From an uncultured Chloroflexia bacterium (GTDB lineage Bacteria > Chloroflexota > Chloroflexia > Thermomicrobiales > Thermomicrobiaceae), in contig CAVUBN010000014.1 of NCBI GenBank assembly GCA_963739715.1, forward strand, positions 16,791 to 80,790: a DNA stretch of 64,000 nt, given 5' to 3'. The notes under the pieces are model-generated. The model was not told where the DNA came from, ran no database searches, and worked only from the letters and a program-made list of their open reading frames with translations. Shown here piece by piece: positions 10,279 through 20,366 of this stretch. A program made the translations under genes and the position numbers. The first letter of the stretch is position 1; the number at the start of each line of letters is the position of its first letter.

Positions 10279-10776
10279 TCAGGCGACTCCACCGGGTTCT
10301 TTCGGGGCGGTTGGATGCTCGTGACGGCCGTGTTTCGGATTGATCGAGAAGGTCCAGCGCGCGTTCGACAGGTAGTTCCAGGTCATGGCCATACTGATCG
10401 CAAACGCGTTCGCGATGAGATAGTGCAGCCCCAACCCATAGGTGAGCACGCCAAGGACCGTCACCGAAACCAGCAATCCACCCAAACCAAAGAGGTTGTA
10501 GCGCATGGCGCGCAGCAGGAACGGCGTCTCGCGACCGGAATCGCTGAAGGTCCACCGGTTGTTGAAGAAGAAGTTGCTTAAGATGGCGATCTCATTCGCC
10601 AGCGCGACCGCGATGAGGCGGTTGAGTCCGACCAACTCGACAAGCGAGATGAGAACGGCGTAGTTCACCAGCACTCCGCTGGTTCCTACGATTGCGAAAC
10701 GAATGAAGCGCCCGGCATGCATGCGTTGCATCGAGCGCACCCAGCCACCGATTTCGGCCACTGACGTCTCACGCAT
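10279..10776 (-). CDS. GtrA-family membrane protein
   Basis: FIRFAIVGTSGVLVNYAVL and ILSNFFFNNRWTF motifs. Start uncertain (10776, 10731 or 10851). Confidence 0.8.
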   Translation of the reverse strand: MRETSVAEIGGWVRSMQRMHAGRFIRFAIVGTSGVLVNYAVLISLVELVGLNRLIAVALANEIAILSNFFFNNRWTFSDSGRETPFLLRAMRYNLFGLGGLLVSVTVLGVLTYGLGLHYLIANAFAISMAMTWNYLSNARWTFSINPKHGRHEHPTAPKEPGGVA

Positions 10777-11047
10777 AACGGTAAGTTCCGGGCTGGGTTC
10801 GTCCCATTGACGCCCACGGGCGGGCAATTGACATTCGACGTATCTCCCCAAGATCGTTGTTATTCATCGGTGCAATCGTTCAAATACCAGTTTTCCTGCC
10901 GGGCTCGGAGCCGACGATCTCGAAGCCTATCTATACAACATACGTCCCAGACGCTCGTTTGCGCTCGTCCCCGAACCCAGACAGCCTGAGCCTGGGGTGC
11001 AATAATGGCGGAAATCACGCCACGTATCCACCCAGGAGAGGAACGAC

Positions 11048-11548
11048 GTGATCTCCGAGACGGACGCTCTCATACGCATTGTCATCGCGGCGCTGCTCGG
11101 TGCGACGCTTGGTCTTGAGCGTGAGCTGAGCGATAAGCCCGCTGGCCTTCGCACCCACATGCTGGTGACCGAAGGATCCGCGCTTTTCATGGTTGGCTCG
11201 CTGCTGTTGACCCAGCAATTCGACACTGGTTCAAGTTCCCTCTCGCTCGATCCAACCCGCGTTGCGTCGACCATTGTCACCGGAATCGGTTTTCTCGGCG
11301 GCGGCGCCATTTTACAATCTCGCGATCGCGTCAAGGGCATCACGACAGCCGCGGCGATCTGGGTGGCGGCAGCGGTCGGACTACTCGTCGGCGCAGGATT
11401 TTACCTCGTGGCGGTCGGCGGGGTGGTTATCGCCGTTGCCACGCTCGTGCTGCTCTCATTTCCGGAGCGGTGGATCGGCAGAAGTACCGAGCCGCGTTAT
11501 CACTTTCGCCGGAGACGCAACGATTCATCACCTCCCACTAGTGGATGA
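11048..11548 (+). CDS. mgtC: MgtC/SapB-family membrane protein
   Basis: GTG start after AGGAGAGG. Motifs RIVIAALLGATLGLERE, AGLRTHMLV, GITTAAAIWVAAAVG. Confidence 0.8.
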   Translation: MISETDALIRIVIAALLGATLGLERELSDKPAGLRTHMLVTEGSALFMVGSLLLTQQFDTGSSSLSLDPTRVASTIVTGIGFLGGGAILQSRDRVKGITTAAAIWVAAAVGLLVGAGFYLVAVGGVVIAVATLVLLSFPERWIGRSTEPRYHFRRRRNDSSPPTSG

Positions 11549-12164
11549 TTCGCCGTTCGCGGCGCAGCCACTTCTCCAAACGGGAATCGATCTCGAAGCT
11601 CGTCAACCGGGGTGTTTGATACAGGTTGGCGGCACGGCGTTGACGCAGGGCTTCATACAGTGTCACCGCGCACGCGACCGAGATATTCAGGCTCTGCACC
11701 ATGCCCATCATCGGAATGATTACCGATGCATCGGCCCCTTCGACTGCCTCGGCGGAGACGCCACGATGCTCATTACCAAAGACCACCGCCGTCGGCGCGG
11801 CGAGATCGAGGTCAAAGAGTTCGACCTGATTCTCGTCCAGGTGCGTAGCGTAGATGGTGAATCCATGATCTCGCAGATTATCGTAGCAACTGGTAACGCT
11901 GTCATGATCCACAACATCGAGCCAGCGTAAAGCACTGCCCGAGACACCACGACTGAGATCCGGGCGCTCTTCGATCGTATAAACCAGATGCACGGTGGCG
12001 ATACCGACCGCGTCGCAGGTGCGCAGCACGGCGCTGACATTATGCGGGTCGTGAACATTCTCGAGAACGACGGTCAGGTCGGGCTGGCGTCGTTCCAGGA
12101 CGTCGACCATGCGGCGACGGCGGCGTTCGGTGATTGGACGCGGTAGCGGTTTCTCACGTTTCAT
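11538..12164 (-). CDS. trmH: SpoU/TrmH-family RNA 2'-O-methyltransferase
   Basis: Motifs LENVHDPHNVSAVLRTCDAVG, VFGNEHRGVS, IPMMGMVQSLNISVA. Confidence 0.75.
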   Translation of the reverse strand: MKREKPLPRPITERRRRRMVDVLERRQPDLTVVLENVHDPHNVSAVLRTCDAVGIATVHLVYTIEERPDLSRGVSGSALRWLDVVDHDSVTSCYDNLRDHGFTIYATHLDENQVELFDLDLAAPTAVVFGNEHRGVSAEAVEGADASVIIPMMGMVQSLNISVACAVTLYEALRQRRAANLYQTPRLTSFEIDSRLEKWLRRERRIIH

Positions 12165-12245
12165 GCCTTGATTCTACGGATCTTGCGTCGCAGGCAACAA
12201 ACCGCGGCACGATCAGACGGTTAGGAGCGGGGTACAATCGAGGTC

Positions 12246-13394
12246 ATGGTGCGAGAAGACTTCCTCGAGGAAAGCAACCAGGCCTTAGTCGAAGAGCTGC
12301 GCGCGACGATCGAGCGTGAAGGACGGATCACCTTCGATCGGTTCATGCGCGAAGTACTCTATCACCCTCAACACGGCTACTACCGAAACGAAAAAGCTCG
12401 TCCGGGTCGCACTGGAGATTTCATTACGGCTCCGGAAGCCGACCCGATCTTCGGCCACACGCTGGCTCGCCAACTGGAGCAGATGGACGAACTGCTCAAC
12501 AGCCCCAACCCATTCACACTGCTCGAATATGGGGCTGGCGCGGGAACCCTCGCCCTGGCGATCCTGGACGGACTGAACATGCACACTCCGGATCTGCTTC
12601 AGCGCATCCGTTACCAGCCAGTCGAGATCAATCAGATCCGCTCAGACGAGCTACGAGTTGGATTCGACGAGGTGGGATTCGGCGAACAGCTTGTTGATTC
12701 ATCCGAGACACCAATCACCGGCTGCATTCTGGCAAACGAGTTTCTCGACGCTCTGCCGGTTCATCGAATTGAACGCGCGAGTGGGCAGATTCGGGAGCGG
12801 TACGTCGTCTGGCGTGATGGCTGGTTCGCCGAGGAGTTGGGGTCGCTCTCCTCAACCGTCATTGAGCGCTATCTCTCCCGTGGCGGCATCAAATTGACGG
12901 AAGGTCAGCGCGCCGAGATCAATCTGGGATTGGTGGAGTGGATCGGTGAGGTCGCGCGCAAGTTACGGCGTGGATACGTCCTCATCATCGATTATGGCTA
13001 TCCCGCAGAGAAACTGTATAGTCCCGATTATCACGAGGGAACGCTGCGGACTTACTACCAGCACTCTGTCAGCGATGATCCGTTTCGCGCGATCGGTTAT
13101 CAGGACTTGACCGCGCACGTCGATTTCAGCGCGTTGGAACAGTCGGCACGCGAGCATGGTCTGCAGGTGCTGGGACTGACCACCCAGGCCGAGTTCCTCG
13201 GTGGGGCCGGCATCGGCGAATTACTTGTCGAAGCTCAGCAGGAACCTGGCATGGCCTACGACGAGTACGTTGGAATCCGGTCGGCGGTAATTCGCATGAT
13301 CGATCCAGGCGCGATGGGACGCTTTCGCGTGCTGATCCTCGGTCGCGACGTGCCGGATGAGCCCCAGCTCATTGGGTTGACCCCATCGTTGTAG
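12246..13394 (+). CDS. SAM-dependent methyltransferase, MidA/NDUFAF7 (DUF185) family
   Basis: Motifs FMREVLYHPQHGYY, GDFITAPE, LLEYGAGAGTLA, ANEFLDALPVH. Confidence 0.85.
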   Translation: MVREDFLEESNQALVEELRATIEREGRITFDRFMREVLYHPQHGYYRNEKARPGRTGDFITAPEADPIFGHTLARQLEQMDELLNSPNPFTLLEYGAGAGTLALAILDGLNMHTPDLLQRIRYQPVEINQIRSDELRVGFDEVGFGEQLVDSSETPITGCILANEFLDALPVHRIERASGQIRERYVVWRDGWFAEELGSLSSTVIERYLSRGGIKLTEGQRAEINLGLVEWIGEVARKLRRGYVLIIDYGYPAEKLYSPDYHEGTLRTYYQHSVSDDPFRAIGYQDLTAHVDFSALEQSAREHGLQVLGLTTQAEFLGGAGIGELLVEAQQEPGMAYDEYVGIRSAVIRMIDPGAMGRFRVLILGRDVPDEPQLIGLTPSL

Positions 13395-13420
13395 CCGGTG
13401 CTCAGACAGAGGAGCTATCT

Positions 13421-13900
13421 ATGAGGACCGAATTAGCGCACAAAGTCACGACCATACCGGCACGTGGCGATCGGTTACCTGGCTTCTCGGGAAAGTCACC
13501 GGCCGGTCAGAATATCCGGCTGCGAGACTTCTATCTGCGGCGCAACCTCGCCCTTGTCTTCACCCACGACCAGCAATGCGCCGCTTGCCACCAGTACCTC
13601 ATTGATCTGGCGGAGCGCCGCGCGGCGGTTCAGGCTGAAGCAGGAGAGATCCTGGTTGTTGTTCCAGGCAACGCTGAGCACCTACCTGAGCTGCCATGTC
13701 CGATCGTCATAGACGACGATAGCGAGATTTACCGGCGCTACGGCCTCATCGGCACAGATGACCATTCACGCGCCGCGATATTCCTCGTTGATCGCTATGG
13801 GATCGTGTTCGAGGCATCGGTGGCTGATGGGGACCATACGATGCTGTCGGCCGCGGAGGTGCCGAAGTGGCTGGAGTTTATTGCCTGTCGCTGTTCGTAG
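13421..13900 (+). CDS. Thioredoxin-fold (AhpC/TSA-redoxin-like) protein
   Basis: Redoxin-like layout FSGKSPAGQNIRLRDFYLRRNLALVFTHDQQCAAC. Weak similarity only. Confidence 0.55.
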   Translation: MRTELAHKVTTIPARGDRLPGFSGKSPAGQNIRLRDFYLRRNLALVFTHDQQCAACHQYLIDLAERRAAVQAEAGEILVVVPGNAEHLPELPCPIVIDDDSEIYRRYGLIGTDDHSRAAIFLVDRYGIVFEASVADGDHTMLSAAEVPKWLEFIACRCS

Positions 13901-14014
13901 GCGAGGTCGATTTTTCGTTTGCGTGAATGTGAAGCGCCCGAACCGGCAGGCGCTACACGGACAAGAATCGTTCGCTGGACTCTGACGGATTAACAGATTT
14001 CTGGCCGCGAGGGG

Positions 14015-14278
14015 TCAGTTCCGTGGTCGCAGACGCAGAGTGGTCCCGAGGGTGACACACGCTCCTACGGCGCTTCCAACGAGTACAGCCACAAGCCAAT
14101 GGACTGATTCGAACGCAGTCCGAATGAGGAAGAACACCACCAAGAACACGATCAGGGTCGCAATGGTGATGAGATACACCTGACCAAGACTGATCCATGC
14201 CGGAATGGTAGGATCAACTCTCCTCGGGCCACTATCCATCGTTGACGTATCGGTTTTCTTGGTGTGATTGTCGGTCAT
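14015..14278 (-). CDS. Small membrane protein (87 aa), hypothetical
   Basis: ATG 14278 after GGAGAA. Two hydrophobic helices (LITIATLIVFLVVFFLI and LVAVLVGSAVGACVTL). Confidence 0.5.
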   Translation of the reverse strand: MTDNHTKKTDTSTMDSGPRRVDPTIPAWISLGQVYLITIATLIVFLVVFFLIRTAFESVHWLVAVLVGSAVGACVTLGTTLRLRPRN

Positions 14279-14525
14279 GGTGTTTCGTTCTCCATCACGG
14301 CAAAGCGCCAACTGCAACACAAGAAACCACCTTGAACAGCATAGCATCTCGGCAGCACCTTTTATTGGAGACAGAGGTTGCGAGTGGTGTGCCAGCACCA
14401 TCGAATGATGGGAGTGAGGCCTTGGTCCGAATGGACCTAGACATTACCAACGCTACTCTCTATCATTCATTCCGAAATTGATACGACGCTGCGGCTATCA
14501 TCTTTAAAATACTTAGGGGGACATC

Positions 14526-15389
14526 GTGCAGTTACGAACATTCGCACAACATCGCTTACGGACAAAACACATGATCGCACCATTCGCGATCGCCGCGGCA
14601 CTGGCACTGGCCGCCTGTGGCGGATCTTCCAGTAAAGCCACCAGTACCGCGGGGACTAGTTCAAGCACGGCGCAGACTTCGCAGGCGACCTCGACTCAGG
14701 TCGCAGGGCAGGCGACATCTGGAGCCACAAGTGCATCGACCGCAACGGCGACTACGGCCGCGACTACCGCGCCGGCAGCAACAACGGCCCCGACAGCTGC
14801 GGCGACGAAAGCCGCGACTGCAGCGGCGACCACCGCTTCCGGGTCGAGCACCGGCGTTCCCCTTGTTTCAGATTCGCCACTCAACCAGCTGTCCGAATCT
14901 TGGACGTCGCTCAAGTCGTACAAAATGTCGATCAAGATCTACGACAACGGTTCCGACACGCCGACTGTCACAGGTACCGTGGAGACGGTCGCGCCTGATA
15001 AATCTCATACCATCGTCAGCGTCTCTGGACAGCAAATCGAGACCATCAGCATCGGAAACACAACGTACATCAAACTTGGTGGAACCTGGCAGCAGACGTC
15101 AGGTGGGATCACAGATCAACTGCCGCCGATCAGTGGAAACGATATCCTACAAGAACTCGGGACCCCAGCCGCGTCGTCGGGTGACGTGAAGAAAACGGGC
15201 CAGGAGACCATCAGCGGAGTCAATTGCGACGTTTACGAGTTCACTGCCTCCGACTCATCCAAGACGACATTCTGGATCGGCCATAATGATCATCTGCCGT
15301 ACAAGATCACGAGCCAGGTGAACACGACGCGTACCGAGATTCTTTTCTCCGACTTCAACTCCGACATCACCATCAACGCCCCGATTTAG
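14526..15389 (+). CDS. Lipoprotein with Ala/Thr/Ser-rich linker
   Basis: Lipobox LALAACGG. About 90 aa of low-complexity linker, then a globular domain. GTG start behind GGGGGA. Confidence 0.75.
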   Translation: MQLRTFAQHRLRTKHMIAPFAIAAALALAACGGSSSKATSTAGTSSSTAQTSQATSTQVAGQATSGATSASTATATTAATTAPAATTAPTAAATKAATAAATTASGSSTGVPLVSDSPLNQLSESWTSLKSYKMSIKIYDNGSDTPTVTGTVETVAPDKSHTIVSVSGQQIETISIGNTTYIKLGGTWQQTSGGITDQLPPISGNDILQELGTPAASSGDVKKTGQETISGVNCDVYEFTASDSSKTTFWIGHNDHLPYKITSQVNTTRTEILFSDFNSDITINAPI

Positions 15390-15408
15390 TACGCCGGGAC
15401 GCAGATGC

Positions 15409-15440
15409 AAACGGGACGCTCAATCGGGCGTCCCGTTTTC
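15409..15440 (+). terminator. Intrinsic terminator-like hairpin after the lipoprotein gene
   Basis: AAACGGGACGC-tcaatcgg-GCGTCCCGTTT (11-bp stem) running into TTTTC. Confidence 0.55.
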
Positions 15441-15568
15441 GTTCCCGGAATTCGCCAATCTCCCAGTGGCTCACCGACAGGTGGGCCCACGCTCACCACG
15501 GCATGGTTCAATCGAAGAACATCAAGTATCGGCTCGGCGACATTGAGACATTGACCTGGAGGTTTGCC

Positions 15569-16048
15569 ATGCGCGTGATCATCGGTGCCGACCATGCCGG
15601 ATTCCCGCTCAAAGGAGCGGTGGTGGACGCGTTGCGTTCGTGGGGGCATGACGTGGAAGATGTTGGAACGCACAGCGTTGAACCGGTCGACTTTCCCCTA
15701 ATCACTCGGCGGGTCTGCGATCCATTACGCGCCGTTGAGTTCGACCGTGGCATCCTCGTCTGCGGCACAGGTATCGGCGCCTGTATCGCCGCCAACAAGA
15801 TCCCGGGCATCCGTGCCGCACTCTGTCACGACGTCTACTCCGCTCACCAATCAGTCGAGCACGACAACGCCAACGTTCTCTGTCTGGGTGCTCAGATCAT
15901 CGGTGACCGGCTGGCGCTCGATCTCATCCACACCTACCTGGAAGCTGAATGGAGCACCGAGGAGCATTTTCGCCGCCGGGTAGCCCAACTTTCCGAGATG
16001 GAACAGGCCGCAGCCGACGAGCTTCACGGGAAGACTTCAACCCGATGA
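15569..16048 (+). CDS. rpiB: Ribose-5-phosphate isomerase B
   Basis: MRVIIGADHAGFPLK, CGTGIGACIAANK, EHDNANVLCLG. ATG 15569 behind GGAGG. Confidence 0.9.
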   Translation: MRVIIGADHAGFPLKGAVVDALRSWGHDVEDVGTHSVEPVDFPLITRRVCDPLRAVEFDRGILVCGTGIGACIAANKIPGIRAALCHDVYSAHQSVEHDNANVLCLGAQIIGDRLALDLIHTYLEAEWSTEEHFRRRVAQLSEMEQAAADELHGKTSTR

Positions 16049-16848
16049 GCGAGAAGTCGCCCGATCTCTTTGCCAGCGCGGCCGCCTACTACCATCGCTA
16101 CCGTCCGCCATATCCCGAAGTGTTCTTCCAGCACGTGATCGAGCGTTTCGGCCTCGACGGGACAGGGCGGCTGCTCGATCTGGGATGCGGCACTGGACAA
16201 CTGGCAATTCCCTTCGCGCCGCATTTCGCTGAGGTCGTCGGACTCGATCCTGATCCGGCCATGCTGGCAGAAGCCACTCGCGTCGCCGCTGCGGCCGGTG
16301 TCCCGAACGCCCGCTGGATTCAAGGTCGCGACGTCGATCTGGAGCAGTTGAGCGCAGAAATCGGGCGGGTGCGGCTGGCGACGCTTGGCCGCGCGTTTCA
16401 CTGGGTGGACCAGCCGTCGGCGTTGCGCGCCCTCGATTCGCTCATCCAACCGAACGGCGGCGTGGTGATTGCCGCGGATGCCGAGCGGATCTGGCGCGTC
16501 GCCGGTGACTGGCAGCATGCGACGCAGGAGGTGATCCGGCACTGGTTAGGTGATGTGCGCCGGGCGGGAAGCGGCACCTATTCGGTGGAGCACGTGCCGT
16601 TCGAGGATACTCTGACCGCCTCGGCCTTCTCGCGAGTCGAGTATTTCACGACCATAGTCGAGCGCTTCCCAACGATCGACGATATCGTCGGCTACCTCTA
16701 CTCGACATCGTTCTGCTCGCACCACGTGCTTGGTGACAAACGCGCCGGCTTCGAAGCGGATCTGCGCCAAACCTTGACTGAGATCAGTCCCGACGGCCGC
16801 TTCTCCGAGAAGCTCGGCTTCGACGCCTGGCTGGCCCGGCGGCCGTAG
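16045..16848 (+). CDS. Class I SAM-dependent methyltransferase
   Basis: ATGA overlap with rpiB. SAM motif LLDLGCGTGQLA. Confidence 0.85.
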   Translation: MSEKSPDLFASAAAYYHRYRPPYPEVFFQHVIERFGLDGTGRLLDLGCGTGQLAIPFAPHFAEVVGLDPDPAMLAEATRVAAAAGVPNARWIQGRDVDLEQLSAEIGRVRLATLGRAFHWVDQPSALRALDSLIQPNGGVVIAADAERIWRVAGDWQHATQEVIRHWLGDVRRAGSGTYSVEHVPFEDTLTASAFSRVEYFTTIVERFPTIDDIVGYLYSTSFCSHHVLGDKRAGFEADLRQTLTEISPDGRFSEKLGFDAWLARRP

Positions 16849-16921
16849 ATCCTCCACGAACGGTACGCGTCACTACAGCGAATTGCATTAAGACTAACCA
16901 ACACTGGTCGGGGTGCGCCGA

Positions 16922-17011
16922 GTCATCCTGAGCCACAGCGAAGGATCTCCCCCGTCTCCGTATCGACCGGGAACAATGGAGGAGATGCTTCGGCTGCGGC
17001 CTCAGCATGAC
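16922..17011. repeat. Imperfect palindromic intergenic element, copy 2
   Basis: GTCATCCTGAGCCACAGCGAAGGATCTCC ... GGAGATGCTTCGGCTGCGGCCTCAGCATGAC between convergent genes. The arm matches the copy-1 arm. Confidence 0.6.
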
Positions 17012-17073
17012 CGGGAGGCGGCTGTCCATTTCTTGACTAACGGTTTTGCAAGCCGCTTTAGTGCTGGCCGCAC

Positions 17074-18141
17074 CTAGAACGGCGCGTTAACGCCAACCTC
17101 TTCACCGAGCTTGCGCAGATCATCCAGCACGCTTGGATGCACCGGGATTCCCCGCTCGCGCCGATCAGCTTCGGCGATATCCTCCGGATCGCCGGGGACA
17201 TAGACCCGATCATGGCCTGCGGTCGGCTCCAAGCCGCGCAGCTCCGACAGCATGCTGTCGATCTCGGCGTAGAACTCTTCCTCTGGCCGGAAGGCGTCGA
17301 TACGCCAGGCCATGAAGGCATGGCCAGTGTCGGATGGCCGCGGCGGGTCGACGCGTGAACCGGCGACGTAGCGACCCCAGGAGGATCCGGCAAGCTGCCC
17401 GCAAAGGACCTCGACGAAGAGAGCAAGGCCGTAGCCTTTGTGACTTCCGAGCTCGCGGGTCGAGCCAAGCGGCGCGAGCGAGACAGCTGCGAAGGGGTCA
17501 GTTGTCAAGTTCCCTTCGGCGTCATAGGCCCAACCGGCCGGTATCGACTTCCCTTCGCGTCGAGCAATCTCGATCTTGCCCCAGGCGACCGAACTGGTGG
17601 CCATGTCGATAACGATGGGACGCTGGTCTCGTGCCGGTATGGCCACCGCAATTGGGGCGGTACTGAGCACCGGCTCGCTGGCAAAGGTCGGAACGACCAG
17701 CGGAGTCGCGTTAGTCATCGCCATGCCGCAAAGGCCCTCTTCCAGCGCCATCATTGCGTAATAGCCAGCGATACCGAAGTGGTTGCTGTGACGTACCGTG
17801 GCCATGCAAAGACCGGTCTCTTTGGCCTTCTCGATGCAGCGCTGCATCGCACGGTACGAGGCAGGATGACCCATACCGTTGTTGGCATCGAACGCGACCG
17901 TGGCCGAAGTCTCGGTTACAACGGTTAGCTCCGCATCTATGTTAATCAGTCCCTGACGCAGGCGTTCAGCGTAGTAGCCCATGCGTGGAACGCCGTGTGA
18001 GTCGATGCCCCGGACGTCGGATGCGACCAAAACCTCAGCGGAGATGCGAGCATCCTCCGGTTTCAGGCCGAAGCCAACCAATACATCCACTGTAAATTGC
18101 TCGAGCGTCTCCGCATCGACCCGGTTCGCCTGCTCGGTCAT
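17074..18141 (-). CDS. Ldh_2-family (malate/L-lactate/ureidoglycolate-type) dehydrogenase
   Basis: RGIDSHGVPRMGYY and HSNHFGIAGYYAMMA motifs. ATG 18141 behind GGGAGGA. Confidence 0.85.
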   Translation of the reverse strand: MTEQANRVDAETLEQFTVDVLVGFGLKPEDARISAEVLVASDVRGIDSHGVPRMGYYAERLRQGLINIDAELTVVTETSATVAFDANNGMGHPASYRAMQRCIEKAKETGLCMATVRHSNHFGIAGYYAMMALEEGLCGMAMTNATPLVVPTFASEPVLSTAPIAVAIPARDQRPIVIDMATSSVAWGKIEIARREGKSIPAGWAYDAEGNLTTDPFAAVSLAPLGSTRELGSHKGYGLALFVEVLCGQLAGSSWGRYVAGSRVDPPRPSDTGHAFMAWRIDAFRPEEEFYAEIDSMLSELRGLEPTAGHDRVYVPGDPEDIAEADRRERGIPVHPSVLDDLRKLGEEVGVNAPF

Positions 18142-18465
18142 TCGTCCTCCCGCTCTTAGCGTCATATTCGTCTCAAAGGTTGATCCGTGCCTGAAAAGGC
18201 ATGATAGCGCAGCGAGGTCCACTCAGGCATCCTCTTCTCAACCAGCAGGTGCAGCCGGGGCCGTTATTCCAGCAGGAATTTGCAACGAAGATGACACGTT
18301 TGCGTGCATGGTGGTGTTTCTCGTTCACGTCTCCTCGGATAAACTTGATTGTGACGACGCGCGAGGCGGATGAGTTGGCGCGACGTGGGCGGATCCGGAG
18401 CCAACCCACGATCCATCACTACTGGTTGGGTTCCTGACCGTCACTTACGAAATGAAGGAGAGAAG

Positions 18466-19353
18466 ATGATCGGCACAGTCATTGTTCCGCTGGACGGATC
18501 GGAACTGGCAGAGCAAGCCATCCCCTACGCCGAGGCAATTGCGCGCAAATCAAACGCGCCGCTACACCTGATGCGCGTTGTTCCACCTGACGCACAGACA
18601 TCGGTGGAGGACGAGGCGCGTGCCTACCTTCGCGAGAAGGCTAAAGCCTACGGCGATCGCGTGCAGATCAGTGTTCGCATGGGACAACCGGCCGACCAAA
18701 TCGTCGACAGTTCCGACGAGATGGACGATCCGGTCATCATTATGACAACTCATGGGCGTAGCGGCATTGGCCGCTGGCTCTATGGGAGCGTCGCCGACCG
18801 GGTCGTGCGAGGCAGCGGAGCCCCGGTGCTGCTGATCCGCTCCGGCACCAAGGACCGCCGGGCGGAAACCGTAAAGACCGTCGTGGTATCGCTGGACGGA
18901 TCGGTTCACGCCGAAGCCGCGCTCCCGTATGGGAAAGAGATCGCCAGAACATTCGATGCTGAACTCGTGCTGGTGCGCGTCGCCGAGACGACCCAGCTCT
19001 ACGGCATGCTCGGCAGCGAGCCGATGGCTCCCGCCTCGGCCGACACATTCAATGAAATCGGCCAGCGGCTCGTTCAGGAGGCACAGGACTATCTGGCGGA
19101 AGTCGCCAAACCGTTGCAGGAGGATGGCGTCAACGTCCGAACCGAGACGCTCGAAGGATTCGCGGCCGATCAGCTACTGGCACTCGAGCGTGAGATGTCG
19201 GTCGATCTAATCGTCATGGCGACCCACGGCCGTAGCGGGCTCGGCCGGCTGGTCTTCGGCAGCGTCGCCGAGCGAATTCTCAAGGTCGGCACCACGCCGG
19301 TGATGATGATCAAGCCGACCGGCGAGGTCGGAGCCGAGGAAAGCAGCAAGTAA
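18466..19353 (+). CDS. Tandem universal stress protein (2 x UspA domain)
   Basis: Two copies of the pattern ending in THGRSGIGRWLYGSVADRV and THGRSGLGRLVFGSVAERI. ATG behind AAGGAGAG. Confidence 0.9.
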   Translation: MIGTVIVPLDGSELAEQAIPYAEAIARKSNAPLHLMRVVPPDAQTSVEDEARAYLREKAKAYGDRVQISVRMGQPADQIVDSSDEMDDPVIIMTTHGRSGIGRWLYGSVADRVVRGSGAPVLLIRSGTKDRRAETVKTVVVSLDGSVHAEAALPYGKEIARTFDAELVLVRVAETTQLYGMLGSEPMAPASADTFNEIGQRLVQEAQDYLAEVAKPLQEDGVNVRTETLEGFAADQLLALEREMSVDLIVMATHGRSGLGRLVFGSVAERILKVGTTPVMMIKPTGEVGAEESSK

Positions 19354-19425
19354 CGAGATTAGACGGCCGGCGGTTTACCGACGTCGTCGCCGGTCGTTCC
19401 TTCATCACCTGCGTCATCGACGGGT

Positions 19426-19971
19426 TCATACCAGGTCGACTCCGCGCCGGGTTCTTCCGGCGCGTTTCTCATATCCGCTTTGTCCGGGCGATCGTTGACG
19501 GCTGGATCGGCTGACGCTGGCGAAACAGGCGGGCTGCTCGTCGACTCCTCCGCACGTACCGTTCTCGTGGAACATGCTGCCCGAGACTGATGCGGCGCGA
19601 TGGCTCCCTCGAAACAGCGCTCTCCCTTCCTCACCGGCCAGGTAAACGAGGATCAGGATGGCGAGGACGGTCCAGATTGGGAAGACAACCAGCGCGGGAA
19701 TCGCCAGCAAGATGGCTCCGATGCGTGCCCACTCCCGCAACAAGAGCAGCCCGACCCCGACGATCCCCGAGGCGATGCCGAAGCCGAAGACGATGGTCAG
19801 CACCAGCCCCACGACAACAAAGCGCCTGATGAACTGTCCGAACCCATCCGACGCGAAGGGTATGATCAACAGCGCGATCGGGAGCACGACGCAGGCTGCG
19901 ATCAGAAGCATGGCAGCCATCACAAACTCGTAGATGGCGATCAAGATCAAGGCATCGGGGCGTCGCCGCAT
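19426..19971 (-). CDS. Hypothetical 4-TM membrane protein (C-terminal frame uncertain)
   Basis: Four hydrophobic helices. After about 19600 an alternative frame (ORF 19359-19634) gives a more protein-like acidic tail. Confidence 0.55.
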   Translation of the reverse strand: MRRRPDALILIAIYEFVMAAMLLIAACVVLPIALLIIPFASDGFGQFIRRFVVVGLVLTIVFGFGIASGIVGVGLLLLREWARIGAILLAIPALVVFPIWTVLAILILVYLAGEEGRALFRGSHRAASVSGSMFHENGTCGGVDEQPACFASVSRSSRQRSPGQSGYEKRAGRTRRGVDLV

Positions 19972-20366
19972 GTCGCTGTCCCCTCAATAAAGTGCGTTGG
20001 GTTCGCGCGATGATCTTCGTAAATGCGATTCGTTTCGCCGGTCATACGAGCATAGTTTAGTCGAAAAGCCGCTCCCGGCCTCTTCACATCACCCCGCCTG
20101 TCTGCTATCATCCGTTATGTTCGCTTTTTGCAGACGTGTCTCGTGGTGAGGCACGTATATTCGTTAAGGTGCGTCCACGCACCCTGGAGGAATGATGGAT
20201 ACGACTCCACGCTTCGCGACCGTTGCCGTCTTCGCTGGCACGTTCGGCGTCGCGTCGTCCAGTTCCTCCCGCTTCCGCCACTCCAGTAGTAGTACCCATA
20301 GTAGTCCATCAAGCTACTCCACCTGCTCCGGCGGCTTTGGCTTTGTGACGACTTTGGGGGTACTAC

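Noticed and set aside
10852-11047. Possible Mg2+ (M-box) riboswitch upstream of mgtC, and likewise upstream of the P-type ATPases
   Set aside because: None of the conserved M-box blocks I remember (GTTAGGTGAGGCT, CCAAAGACGCTAATGGGTCAACAG and so on) are present.
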